A program made the translations under genes and the position numbers. A DNA stretch of 63,239 nt, filler included, from Octopus bimaculoides (taxonomy: Eukaryota): assembly GCF_001194135.2 (NCBI RefSeq). It is 7 parts of 6 records of this genome, joined end to end, with 100 filler letters (N's around TTAATTAATTAA, not from the genome) between each part and the next. Parts side by side here need not be neighbours in the genome. Positions count along the whole stretch, not along the records: positions 23,276 to 33,981 come from NC_068984.1; positions 34,082 to 41,329 come from NC_068993.1; 5 more parts are not named here. The stretch is one strand, 5' to 3'. This document shows positions 24,585 to 36,937 of the stretch, in pieces. Under the pieces are notes generated by a model. The model did not search any database. It was given only the letters and a program-made list of their open reading frames with translations, and was not told the DNA's origin. How positions within the stretch are numbered: the first letter of the stretch is position 1; every line of letters starts with the position of its first letter.

Positions 24585-26147
24585 NNNNNNNNNNNNNNNN
24601 NNNNNNNNNNNNNNNNNNNNNNNNNNNNNNNNNNNNNNNNNNNNNNNNNNNNNNNNNNNNNNNNNNNNNNNNNNNNNNNNNNNNNNNNNNNNNNNNNNNN
24701 NNNNNNNNNNNNNNNNNNNNNNNNNNNNNNNNNNNNNNNNNNNNNNNNNNNNNNNNNNNNNNNNNNNNNNNNNNNNNNNNNNNNNNNNNNNNNNNNNNNN
24801 NNNNNNNNNNNNNNNNNNNNNNNNNNNNNNNNNNNNNNNNNNNNNNNNNNNNNNNNNNNNNNNNNNNNNNNNNNNNNNNNNNNNNNNNNNNNNNNNNNNN
24901 NNNNNNNNNNNNNNNNNNNNNATATATATATATATATATATATATATAGTGGATAAGGAAATGCACAAGCATCTTCCAATCCACCATACATCTGCTTTGG
25001 TATCGCATAAGAATGCATATATATTCATGCGAGTGTCTGTGTGTGTGCATGAATATGCAGATCTACATTTTACTCTCTTCGTTTGTTAATAACGTATTCC
25101 ACACTGCCAGTGCACGTAAACGTGCACCTAAGATGTAAAGTTTAACGTGGTGTGATATGTTCTGCTCCTGAGCTCCTGATTTTATGATTCTTCCTCGAGC
25201 CTAAGCACCAAGTTGGAAAACTCTGTGTGTGTGTGTTAGTCAAACAAATCGAGCACCAGTATTTTTTTCTTTTTTCTTTTTTTTTAAAGTCTGGTACTTA
25301 TTCTATCGGTTTCTTTTGACGATCCGTTACGGAAAGGGACGTAAACGAATCAACACGATAACATCCCAAAACACATACATGCATAAATATTTTCAGGATT
25401 AAATAAAGATAAGAAACGGAAAATATGACCTATATATATAATTCAAAATGACGTGTAATAAATAAACAAACGCACATATACTAAATACACAGGCAAACAA
25501 AAAACTCAAAAGTCTACTAATTCTTCATCAGTTATCGGCTAGAGAGTCAAACGCAATTTCAGCCATTATCGATAATATTGCTTCCACACTGGAGGCACCG
25601 ACAAGAAACTTGCCGGGAATGGGACCAAAACATAACAAAACGAGGTGGGCTTGAGACGAGGCCGTTTGTGGACGAACGAGAGACAAAACAATAAACAGAA
25701 TAAAGGCTTAGGGTCACACGAAGACATCAATTAATAATGATAATATGTATAGAACAAAAAGCGTTGGGGTTCCAAGACAAGACAAAAGTGGGTAACACGA
25801 AGGAGAAATGAAAACTGTCTTAAAGGACTATAGACACGAGAGGAGTGGAGTGAGGGGCTCAGAAAATCGTGTCCATGTGGTCGAAGGCAACCCGAAAGAA
25901 ATGGCACCGCCTTAGGTCGTTACGGGTCACGTGATAGTAGAAGGAGGGTAACAAAGAAAGAGAGAGAGAGAAACGAAATTAAGGGCAGCAAAGTAAAGGA
26001 AAGAGACAGAGTGGCACAAAAATATTCCAAGAGTGCATGTGTTACATAAATAATATTTTCAGGATTAAATAAAGACAACAAACGGAAAATATAACATATA
26101 TATACATACAAACTGATAGACAGACAGATAGATAGGTGTAGATGTAT

Positions 26148-26528
26148 TGTTGTTGGCACTCCGTCGCTTACAACGTCGAGAGTTCCAGTTGAACCGATCA
26201 ACGGAACAGCCTGCTCGTGAAATTAACGTGCAAGTGGCTGAGCACTCCACACACACGTGTACCCTTAACGTAGTTCTCGGGGATATTCAGCGTGACAGTG
26301 TGACAAGGCTGGCCCTTTGAATTACAGGCACAACAGAAACAGGAAGTAAGAGAGAGAAAGTTGTGGTGAAAGAGTACAGCAGGGTTCACCACCATCCCCT
26401 GCCGGAGCCTCGTGGAGCTTTAGGTGTTTTCGCTCAATAAACACTCACAACGCCCGGTCTGGGAATCGAAACTGCGATCCTATGACCGCGAGTCCGCTGC
26501 CCTAACCACTGGGCCATCGCGCCTCCAC
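26148..26528 (-). mobile_element. SINE family C, full-length, with 12-bp TSD
   Basis: Head GGCGCGATGGCCCAGTGGTTAGGGCAGCGGACTCGCGG, B box GTTTCGATTCC; GTGTAGATGTAT at 26136-47 and 26529-40. Confidence 0.92.
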
Positions 26529-27394
26529 GTGTAGATGTATATACGACGGGCTTCACACAGCTTCTGTCTATGAATTTCACTCACAAAGCAATGATAGGCC
26601 CGAGGCTTTTATTACAAGACACTTGCTCAAGATGGTGCACAGTCGGTGTGAACCACGTGGCTCCAAAGTATGTTGTTTTTCTTTTGATTCTTTGAAATCT
26701 TACAATAAGAATGAGTTGGCTTCTCACTAAGAAAAGATTCTCCATTCCTTGGATTTGGAGAAGTTAGATTTTGTTACGGTTGTTCTCAAGTCTCTTTGCT
26801 TTTAATGCAGTATTTTAATACTTTTACGCCTCCTAAGTTTTACAGTCAAAATTTACTGAAGAGTAGACTAAATTAAATATAAGATAGACAGAAAAACACA
26901 AACAGTGATGTTTAGTAAGTAAATCTGATAAAACAACAACAATAACATATATTACTTTATCAATAAACTCCTCGCAAAAAAATATAGAATTGCAGCTGTT
27001 TCTAGTGGCTACTACGATGTTCTCGAGTGAACTGCTTAAATATTCCATTAAAACTTCTAGATTTAAGAAGAGATCAGTGCTAAATATCTTCAGCTGTCTT
27101 ATAATTACCTTGGGGCATCTTTGTTTAACAAAAGTTTTACTCACCATTATTTAATGTTTCCTTCAAAGAAAAGAAAAACTTTCAAAATATCTTGTATTTT
27201 TTTTTTTTAATTATTCAGCCTCAGCATCATCTGAAATTAAATATTCATGAAACAATAAACAATTCTTTCTTTTTGGCTTTCAAACTACATATTCTTATTC
27301 ATCAGCAATAATCGTCTTTAATCTTTGGGAAAATAATATTATATTTGTTGAATTCTTATCGTTATAACCATCATTATAATTGTAGTTAAAAAAA

Positions 27395-28905
27395 GGTGGG
27401 GAGGTGGCAGAATGATTAGTACGCCGGACAAAATCTTAGCAGCATTTTTTCCGGCTTAACGTTCCGAGTTCAAATATCGCTGAGATCGACTTTTCGTTTC
27501 ACCCTTTCGGTATCGATAATATAAGTAGAGGAACATTTGGGTCGGTGTAATTGACTTGCCTCCTTCTCTAAAAAGAAAAGAAAAAAAATGTTAACCCTGT
27601 ACCAAACTTTGGAACAATTATTGTTATTAATGAGAGAAACAAATTGGCAGAATCATTAGAACGCCAGAAAAATTACTCTCTGGTATTTTTTCGGATTCTT
27701 TACGCTGTGAATTCAAATGCCACTGAGTGCAGTTTTGCTTTTATCCCTCCGGAGTCTCGAAAAAGTATGGTGCCAGTACTGGAATAGATGGTTTTAACTA
27801 ATTCACGCCCTATCTAATTGCTGGCCTGGGTGCATAAGTTAGGAACATATTAATACTCAATATTACTAGCAAGGGCAGAAACATTAGCACGCCAGGCGAA
27901 ATGCTTAGCGTTATTTCGTCTGCCGCTACGTTCTGAGTTCAAATTCCACCGAACTCGACTTAGCCTTTCATCCTTTCGGAGTCGATTAAATAAGTACCAG
28001 TCACGCACTGGAGTCGATGTAATCGACTTAATCCCTTTGTCTGTCCTTGTTTGTCCCCTCTATGTTTAGCCCCTTGTGGGCAATAAACAAATAAGAAACA
28101 TTAGCACGCCGGAAGAATATTTAGTGGCATTTTGTCCGTCTTTAGGTTCTTAGTTCAAATGCCGACGTTGTCGATTTTACCTTTCATTATTTCGAAGTCA
28201 ATAGAATAAGTAGCAGTCGAGCACTGGGATCTATGTAACTGGTGAAGGCGCAATGGCCCAGTGGTTAGGGCAGCGGATTCGTAGGCGTAGGATCGCGGTT
28301 TCGATTCCCAGACCGCGAGTTGTGAGTGTTTATTGAGCGTAAAAACCTAAAGCTCTACGAGGCTCCGGCAGGGGTTGGTGGTGAAACCTGCTGTACTCTT
28401 TCACCACAACTTTCTCTCACTCTTTCTTCTTATTTCTGTTGTAGTTGTATTTCAAAGGGCCAGCTTTGTCACACTCTGTGTCACGCTGAATCTCCCTGAG
28501 GACTACATTAAGGGTACACGCGTTTGTGGAGTGCTCAGCCACGTGCACGTTAATTTCACGAGCAGGCTGTTCCGTTGATCGGGTCAACTGGAACTCTCGT
28601 CGTCGCAACCGACGGAGTGCTACTATGTAATTGACTTACGCCCCCTCCCACCACCGGTCTTGTGCCAAAATTTGAAAACAATATCATTAATTGGGGCAAG
28701 GCGGCAAGCTGGCGGAATCGTTAGCGCGCCAGGCAAAATGCTTAGCGGCATTTCGACTGTCTTTACGTCCTGAGTTCAAATTCCACCGAGGTCGACTTTA
28801 CTTTTCATGTCTTTCGGGGTCGATGAAATTAGTACCAGTTCGTACTGGGGTCGATGTAATCGACTTCTCTCGCTTCTCCAAATTTTCAAGCCTTGTGCCT
28901 ATAAT
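27395..28905 (+). mobile_element. Cluster of ~5 same-strand family B SINE copies (27395, ~27640, 27874, 28097, 28699)
   Basis: Repeated GGCAGAA..TTAG.ACGCC heads and CTTTCATCCTTTCGG central blocks; 27874-28096 is intact. Confidence 0.85.
28239..28622 (+). mobile_element. SINE family C nested in a family B copy, 8-bp TSD
   Basis: Head GGCGCAATGGCCCAGTGG at 28247; CTATGTAA at 28231-38 and 28623-30. Confidence 0.9.
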
Positions 28906-29911
28906 AGCAAGGAATAGAATTAGCAAGGGTTGCATGTTTGTTACTCTTGTTATTGTTAGTTGTCTATCCTACAAGGAAAGATTCATATATTAACTAATAG
29001 ATTGTGGAATTAATTCTAAAGAAACTGAAATCAAAAGAGAATCACAATTATCATGATTATCGTTTGATTTATAGATCTGTTCTTCCATACTGGCATGATT
29101 GAAACAACATTTATATTTAATCCAATGAATCATCATGGCGGTGAAAATACGAGGACCAGTGTTTAACGCTTTCAGTTCATAATCATAAGAACGTGGGTTC
29201 AGTTCCTGAAGCGATGTGCGTGATGTGTCTTAAAGCAAGGCACTGCATTCCTCGTTGCCCAAATCTTCTTAGCTGTACAAGTGCTAACTGGTTTCAGGAA
29301 CATATATCTTCCCTTCCAGCTGTCGCATCCTGGATGTCCCTCTGGTTCAAGGGTGAGGGGCCCAAAAGAGTATCTATGTTTGCTCGTGACCCTATAGACA
29401 GCAAAAACAATTAACGAAAGGATGATACATGTTGCCAAATACTTGCAAGTAACAGCTGGCTGTTTTCATGGTTATTTCATATTTCATCTTCTGCGAATTT
29501 TTCTTTTGACTTGGTAAGTATGATAATTTAGAAATCCCGCCCAGTTATATCTTTTTCAATGTGGTGATGAAAATGACAGAGTGTTTAAAAGGTTTATCGT
29601 GTAGTGTCTCAGAGATTTATATCTTGTCACTAGTGCTGTTATTGCCTGTATCCATAGTGAAGACATTCGTTCTTGTTCTGCTAGCCTAATTGCAAATATC
29701 CACGTATACATTCAAGTCATTACACTAAGTAAACGAAACACTGCATATATAATTAAGTGATGTTTGGAAGTTTTCTAATGTATCTGCTCTATTAAAGAAT
29801 CACTTGCACTGTGACTCCGTTTTACTAATTCAATTGCCACCGATCTAAAATCAACTGGATAAGAATAAAATCTTTAGATGCTCATTTTTTAAAACCTCTT
29901 TAATCTTTCAT

Positions 29912-30292
29912 ATGCTTCGGTCATTGTATTGCGTCATGCTGGGGCACCACTCTGAAGGGTTTAGTCGAACATATCAACCCCAGTACTTATTTTTAGAACA
30001 TGGTACTTATTCTATCGGTCACTCTTGCCGAAAAGCTATGTTATTGGAACGTAAACAAACCGACACCGGTTGTCAAGCAGTGTACGTGGGGTAGCAAACA
30101 AAAACAATGACACACGCACATTTTTTTAAATGAGCTTTCACACGGTTTCCGTCTACCAAATTCACTCACATAATACTGGTTGTCCCAGGGCTATAGTAAA
30201 AGACACTTGCTCAATGTGCCGCGCAATGGGACTGAACCCGAAACCACGTGGTTGTAAACCGAGTTTCTTAACTATACTGCCGCGTCTGCGCC
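29912..30292 (-). mobile_element. SINE family A, complete, diverged
   Basis: Reverse tail GCGTCATGCTGGGGCACCAC and reverse head GGGACTGAACCCG...TCTGCGCC. Confidence 0.85.
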
Positions 30293-30931
30293 TGCTAAAC
30301 GTATTAAATGTTTTTTGAAAGCTGCAAAAATAATTGGAAAGCAGGTCAACATATTTGGTTTCACTGTCTTATTTTATTTATGTATTTAGCAAGATGAATT
30401 TTACTATGATATTTACTTTTGGTGTACGCAGGCACAGACATGGCTGAATGATTAAAATGCGTGGTTGCTAGTTCGATTCACGTGCGGTAAATATCTTCTG
30501 CTCTTGCTTTAGACTGACTAGAACCTCGTGAAGGAATTTTGAATCTTTCGAAACAAGGTTATTCGATTGATTAAAAAAAGTCGTTATCTCTTACACGCAG
30601 TAAATATTAACTAACGGATGTAGTTTCCTCCCTTTGCCCTTCCTCTCTTTTCTATACTTTCTCCTACGGTATCTATTGTTCTGTACAAACAAGCTCTATT
30701 GCTTCCCAAACTTATGTCCATACAACTTTCCTCTTCTAGTTACCCTCGATTTCTCAACTCCTCCTAGATCCAGCACTAAATATTTTACTGAGTACTCATC
30801 CATTCTTCATCTTGAATTGTAACCCTTTGAACTTTCTTCTCGCCAATGCTTTTCTTCCATACATTGAGTTACATATGTTTGCGCTAAACATCAACCATAT
30901 CAACATATCAATCTTACTAGTCTGGGGAGCG

Positions 30932-31360
30932 AGTATAAGTACGGCCTTTCATCAGAACATATGACATACAGACAGAAGAACCTCACACTCAACACCGTCC
31001 AGCACTACCTTTTAGTTTTGGTCTTTGTTTCGAAGATTTCCCCTACTCACCATGCTCTGATCTAGAAAATTTGCATTTGTATAGTTGTTTCTCTTGGTCC
31101 ACTAGAAATAAATAACAGAAACTCGCCGCTAGGCGAGCGCACAACAGGAGAGATCTTCAGAGGAAGAACTCCCACTCGACAAATGTTTCGGCCCTTATAC
31201 TTGACACTTTACGAGAGCCGGACTCACCCAGGTCGTGACTCCTAGGTGTCCTTCTGCTTTCCAAAATCCTGTCTCCAGCGGGATTTGAACCTGGGTCATT
31301 CTTTTTAGGAACTTGAGTTCCTAGGTCTGTGTTTCAGCCGACTAGGTCACTCTGACCGAC
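30932..31360 (-). ncRNA. Structured element: tRNA-like Pol III head followed by a split type-II-like hammerhead core
   Basis: A-box-like TGACCTAGTCGG, B box GGTTCAAATCC; AGTATAAGGGCC-GAAAC-ATTT-GTC (31201-31178) and CTGATGA-AA-GGCC-gta-CTTATACT (30955-30932); stem I not convincing. Confidence 0.4.
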
Positions 31361-32207
31361 GAAGGAACCAGTTTTCTTCTATTCTTGTAATGGAATCCAC
31401 AACTAGGTCCATTGGTCATTCTTTTTCGCTCATATATAATCAATAATTTTCCTTCCATTGACATCTCACTTTATTTCAAGTCGACCTTTCTTGTATTAAG
31501 AGGCTAGAGTGGAATTTGAAGAAAATCTTACAGTTACTGCTAGCATGCCAAGTGACTACGTAGAGGAGTCCTCGTGAATTCAGTTCTTGAGACCTTTTGG
31601 TTGTTGTCGTTGGAGGTGTTTTTGCTATTTGCCTGAAGTCAGCCCGGACTGAGAAATGGTATGAGCAAGCACATTCCGGGACATTTCCATCGTTTTTTTA
31701 AGTCCTTCCTCTTTTAAAACAAGGATATTTGAGAACTATTTCTAGCAGGTTGGTCTATGAAGTAGCGGCACTCTAGGTGCCACGTGTTCGTCATTTAACG
31801 GTTGCGATGTGTGTGCATGTGCGTAATCCTGTTTCAGTGCGAATCAGTAATTGTTTGTATGTGAATATTTATTCATGTAAACACGGATGGTGTTTATTTG
31901 TCTCAACTTTGCCGTTGAATATTTAAATGGTAAATGTTGAAATTTCATTCTAGCTTATATAAATCTCTCTACAATTACATTCCTTTTTTTTCGTCTCCAT
32001 TCATCTGGGAGTTACTTGGATGACTATGCTTCATTGACAGCTACAAATTAGACTATTCTTCCTCTCAACATATCGCTCATATTCAATCCTTAATTTGTTA
32101 GGACGCTGGTACGTCAACGAATATCAAAAGAATTCTGTTTATTATTAATACTTTTTTATAAAGGCCGCGAGAGGGCAGAATCGTGAGCATGCCGGACAAA
32201 ATGCAAC

Positions 32208-32581
32208 AACTTTCAGCACTTGTCGATTGGCCCCCCCTGAAGTCCAGACCTCACACCTTGCGATAACGCTCTGTGGGGTATTATCAAGGAGAGAGCTTCA
32301 CATGAACGATACCAGAATAGTCATCAGTTGAATGATGCCGTTCGGAGAGCCTTTGCAACAATCACCAAAGCACAGCTACCAAAAATATTACACATGACAT
32401 GGCACCGCATAATTTTGTGCCACGAAAATGATGGTTTTCATACAGACCTCGATGTGTGACAGCGTCAATGAAAGTGAATAAACTAAATCCAGTTCATGCT
32501 TCGGATTACTGCATTACTTGTTCTTCTATTGTTCTCATTACTTTTTGGTAGGTGGAGCAACAAGACTTTCGGACCACCCTG
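32208..32581 (+). mobile_element. Tc1/mariner 3' fragment (transposase C-terminus + TIR)
   Basis: DWPP/SPDLTPCDNALWGIIKER... with a frameshift, stop at 32459, terminal GGACCACCCTG followed by TA. Confidence 0.85.
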
Positions 32582-33724
32582 TACATACTAAATCGATTCG
32601 AGAAATAAAAGCAGTTTCATATACCAAAAACATCTATACCTACAGATAAGTTGTTTTTCTCTTTTGTTTTCTCCATCTTTTAGTCAGGAGAGAAGGTATA
32701 ATGCTCATGAAGTTTTACGGTGCTTCCGAAGCTTTTGGGAGGGAAGGGAAAATGTAACCGCAGACAGGAGATGGAGTCGAATGTTTGTAACACAGATTCC
32801 GCTGATAGCACGCTAAGTACCAGATGGTAATGTAAACCGGGCGATGGATGGAGTTTACCATAAAAGTAAGCAATAGTAGGATTTGAACTTAGAATGCTAT
32901 GAGCCGGTAAAAATACTGCAAGGTACCCGATACGATGTTCTCACAGCTCTACCAATCCACGGTGATGGATTGGTGGAGATTCTTTTTTTATTATTATTGA
33001 TTCCAAAAGGATAAATAGCAAAGCTGACATAGACATAACTCTGATTTGAACTCAGAAGACAGAGAAAAGGAACAACAGTGAACGACTGTTCGCTTTTGCT
33101 ATCTATATTAGTTGCCTATGTATTCGCGAGCAGACTGGCTATAACTAGTTATTTTTATTTAAGCATTCTGTGCAAAAAGGAACATTCGATCAATAACTAA
33201 TAAATATTAAATTAATCATGACTACATCAATGGTAGACAATACCAGATGGGTTTCGATCCTATTTGTCCTTCTTAGTGAAATATAGATTTCTCGCTACTT
33301 ACCGAAATAGTGTGGAGAGAATCACACAGTAGATATACACCGCAAGTAAGCATTAATAATTGCACACGAGTATGTTATAAATAATTAGCAAGTTTGATAA
33401 AATATAGCGAAATCAATCAATCAATGTTGTTAATTATTCAGTGACGCCACCAGCATGGAAACAACATTTACGCTCGTGCGAGAATATTTACTGTTTAGTG
33501 CATTCAATTTCCATTGAGGAAGATTTATGCGGGATAGCAATACACACATACATGCGTGCATATATACATTTCAATACAGAAGTCTCAGTCTTTTGTTTTC
33601 ATACGTAATTGCTGTGCAAATAGAATTCACGAAATATTTCAAATGTTATGTATATCTCATACAAAATAAAACATATACATATGTGTGTGTATGTTGATAT
33701 ATATATATATATATATATTTTACT

Positions 33725-33925
33725 TTCTTTAGTCATTAGACTGCGGTCATGCTGGAGCATGCTATGAAGAAATTTTCGTCAAATGAATCGAACCCAGTAC
33801 TTATTTTTTTAAATCCTGGTGCTTATTTTATGGTTTTTTAAAATTTTTGCTGAACCGATAAGTTATGGGACCACTGGTTGTCAAGTGGTGGGGGTAGTGG
33901 GTGGACAAACAGAGACACAAAAACA
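33725..33925 (-). mobile_element. SINE family A tail
   Basis: GACTGCGGTCATGCTGGAGCA...GCTGAACCGATAAGTTATGGGAC. Confidence 0.8.
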
Positions 33926-33941
33926 AACATACACATATCTC

Positions 33942-33976
<35 letters not shown>

Positions 33977-33981
33977 TATAT

Positions 33982-34081
33982 NNNNNNNNNNNNNNNNNNN
34001 NNNNNNNNNNNNNNNNNNNNNNNNNTTAATTAATTAANNNNNNNNNNNNNNNNNNNNNNNNNNNNNNNNNNNNNNNNNNNN
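33982..34081. other. Artificial scaffold-join spacer 2
   Basis: N44-TTAATTAATTAA-N44. Confidence 0.95.
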
Positions 34082-35165
34082 ATATATATATATATATATA
34101 TATATATATACGTATATATGTGTGCGTGTATGTAAGTATGTATGTATGTATGTATGTATGTATGTATGTATGAATGTATATGTACGTACGCAATCGATTA
34201 AACGCCGAATGTTATAAAGACAGTGATAAATAATCATTCTTTTTCCCTGACGATGTTGTTTACCTCTATCTCGTTAGACATATTAAGAGTAAGATTTCTA
34301 ATCTTTGTTAAATCTTACAACCAAACTTCATTTATATCGTATATGTTACAATTAAATCCATCCGTCACAGTCACCGCTCTGTTGTGATCCTTGCTTTCAA
34401 TCAATTATATATAATCATATATAATTACATCTCATATAATTATATTTAATAATATCTCATCACAAACAAATGACGTCTGATATTTGAAAATATCTTCCTT
34501 TTTCTGGGTTTTTTTTTTCATGTTTCGTTTCTGTGGAATTTTACTGGTATTAATTTAATAGCAACAACAACAACAACAACAAAATTACAGCTTAATTCAC
34601 AATATCTCTACCAGTTGCATTAACATCGCAAATTAATAATTTTTTTCCATTTTATTTAAAGCAAAAATAGCCATGTTGCATTTTATACAAGAAAAAGTGG
34701 TGTTGATGATAGTGGTAACGGCAGCAGTGGTGGCGGCGGCGGGGTAGGGGGTGTTGTGGTGGCGAGGGTGATGGGAGACGATAGGATCATTTGGGCCATT
34801 TTCATAAGAATTAAAATCAGAAGCATGTTTCCAAAGCTTTTTTTTTAGAATACCAGAAAAATCATGTATAGGTATGTTGAAATGGTTCGTTTTCAACCAT
34901 ATATCTATATTGGGAGAATTTCTTCAAAATTTTCAAAATTTGGAAGATTTAGAAAACAGGGCCACCCAGTAAACTAGTCTGGCGACAGCGGGTGTTTGTG
35001 GTTCTTGCCCGTAAATTGGTGCGGACTATTAGAGGTTCTGCACCATCAGTGTCCGGAAAGTTGGTGTTGTAACTGTATATAAACGGTGGCTCCTTTTCTT
35101 CAGGTTTCTTGAGGCCAGCAAGAATATTGACCATGATAATATCTCTGTCATTACCCTCAGTCAGT

Positions 35166-35496
35166 GGAGGCACAATGGCCCAGTGGTTAAGGCAGCGGAC
35201 TCGCGGTCATAGGATCGCGGTTTCGATTCCCAGACCGGGCGTTGTGAGTGTTTATTGAGCGAAAACACATAAAAAGCTCCACGAGGCTCCGGCAGGGGAT
35301 GGTGGCGAACCCTGCTGTACTCTTTCACCACAACTTTCTCTCGCTCTTACTTCCTGTTTCTGTTGTGCCTGTAATTCAAAGGGTCAGCCTTGTCACACTG
35401 TGTCACGCTGAATATCCCCGAGAACTACGTTAAGGGTACACGTGTCTGTGGAGTGCTCAGCCACTTGCACGTTAATTTCACGAGCAGGCTGTTCCG
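35166..35496 (+). mobile_element. SINE family C, young, 3' end lost in a gap
   Basis: Closely similar to 26148-26528 and 28247-28622. Confidence 0.92.
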
Positions 35497-35825
35497 NNNN
35501 NNNNNNNNNNNNNNNNNNNNNNNNNNNNNNNNNNNNNNNNNNNNNNNNNNNNNNNNNNNNNNNNNNNNNNNNNNNNNNNNNNNNNNNNNNNNNNNNNNNN
35601 NNNNNNNNNNNNNNNNNNNNNNNNNNNNNNNNNNNNNNNNNNNNNNNNNNNNNNNNNNNNNNNNNNNNNNATAAATACAAACCTGAAAGAAAGAAATTTC
35701 CTAAATGCAACAATAAACCTAAACACAGGCAAGTACTGTCTCTTGCATAAACCCAATGAAAAAACAATTCATTTAAGTAGGAACACCATCCACCCGCAAC
35801 TGCTCATATGGAACATAAATAACAG

Positions 35826-36037
35826 TGTTGGCACTCCGTCGGTTACAACGTCGAGGGTTCCAGTTGATCTGATCAACGGAACAGCCAGCTCGTGAACACT
35901 CATTTTTGCCAGCTGAGTGGACTGGAGTAACGTGAAATAAAGTGTCTTGCTCAAGGACACAATGCGTCGCCGGGAGTTGAATTCATGACCTTACGATCGT
36001 GAGCCGATTATCTAACCACTAAACCACGCATCTTCAC
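35826..36037 (-). mobile_element. SINE family D (tRNA head + CORE-like block + family C-type tail)
   Basis: Reverse head CTAACCACTAAACCACGC, CORE-like GTGTCTTGCTCAAGG, tail GGCACTCCGTCGGTTACAACGTCGAGGGTTCCAGTTGA. Confidence 0.8.
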
Positions 36038-36409
36038 AACTAACGGTATTAACAGACATGTATCTAATCTATCATCTAGAAGAAATATTTTTAATAAATT
36101 TGTCCCTGTTGTACAAATGAGACCTAGCAAGAAGCAGTTTTGAAGGACCAAACTAGTTGCAATGGATACAAGAACCCATACTGGTTCCCAGCCAAGTGCC
36201 TTTACATGTTGGAGAACAGATGATAGTCAGATGGAACCAAACCAGGAGAATAGGGTGGGTGATCGACCAGTTCAAAGCCACAGTCACAGTTTTTATCTTG
36301 TTCGTTTTAAAAAAGGTACCTAAGTCTGCGGGTGTGCGTGTGTGTATGTATACAGGCATGTATGTATGTATGTATGTATGTATGGGTATATACGTGTGTG
36401 AATGTGTGT

Positions 36410-36640
36410 GATAATGTTTGTGCCCTCCACCACCGCTCGACAACCGTTGCTGTTTTGTTTGCGATCCCTTTACCTAGCGTTTCGGCAAAAGAAGCCGAGA
36501 AAATAAAAACCAGACGTCAAAAACAAAAAAAAACAACGAAAAGTAAGTACTGGTGTAGATTTGTTCGATTAAATCCTTCAAGGCGATATTCCAGCATGGC
36601 CACAGTCCAATGACTGGAATGAGTAAAATAAGATAATAAA
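36410..36640 (+). mobile_element. SINE family A tail
   Basis: CCACCACCGCTCGACAACCG...TTCCAGCATGGCCACAGTCCAATGACTG. Confidence 0.8.
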
Positions 36641-36887
36641 TACATAAAGCTCAAAAGAGCGGAATATGATTGCCGAAGCCTTTTCCAGCGGCGTTTAAGG
36701 AAATGTCTGAAGTAAAATGACAACAATCGGGAAATAGGAGACAGTAAAATCACTTTAAGAATAATAGAATTTATTCCTTTGAATTTATTGATTGGTTAAT
36801 TGATTCATTTATCGAATTATTTCTTTGAATATCTTAGGTGGTTAAGAATGACGTCATTCAATGCTGGCGAAGAATTCTTGGAGTTTA

Positions 36888-36937
36888 GCTCGCTAACTAC
36901 ATCAAGGAATTGGCTCGCTAACTACATCACGGAATTG
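36888..36937. repeat. 25-bp tandem duplication
   Basis: GCTCGCTAACTACATCA(A/C)GGAATTG x2. Confidence 0.95.

Noticed and set aside
26440-26528. tRNA genes (this and other A/B-box heads)
   Set aside because: Each continues into a shared SINE body, has TSDs or microsatellite tails, and lacks a clean cloverleaf.
26833-27147. 104-aa minus-strand ORF
   Set aside because: It is AT-rich with a non-coding-like composition, no domain and no supporting splice signals.
31154-31190. Local hammerhead using the nearby CTGAAGA as partner for GAAAC-ATTT-GTC
   Set aside because: Stem I pairs only in a register that removes C3, and the following TCTCTCC cannot pair with GGGCC. The distal CTGATGA supplies stem II instead.
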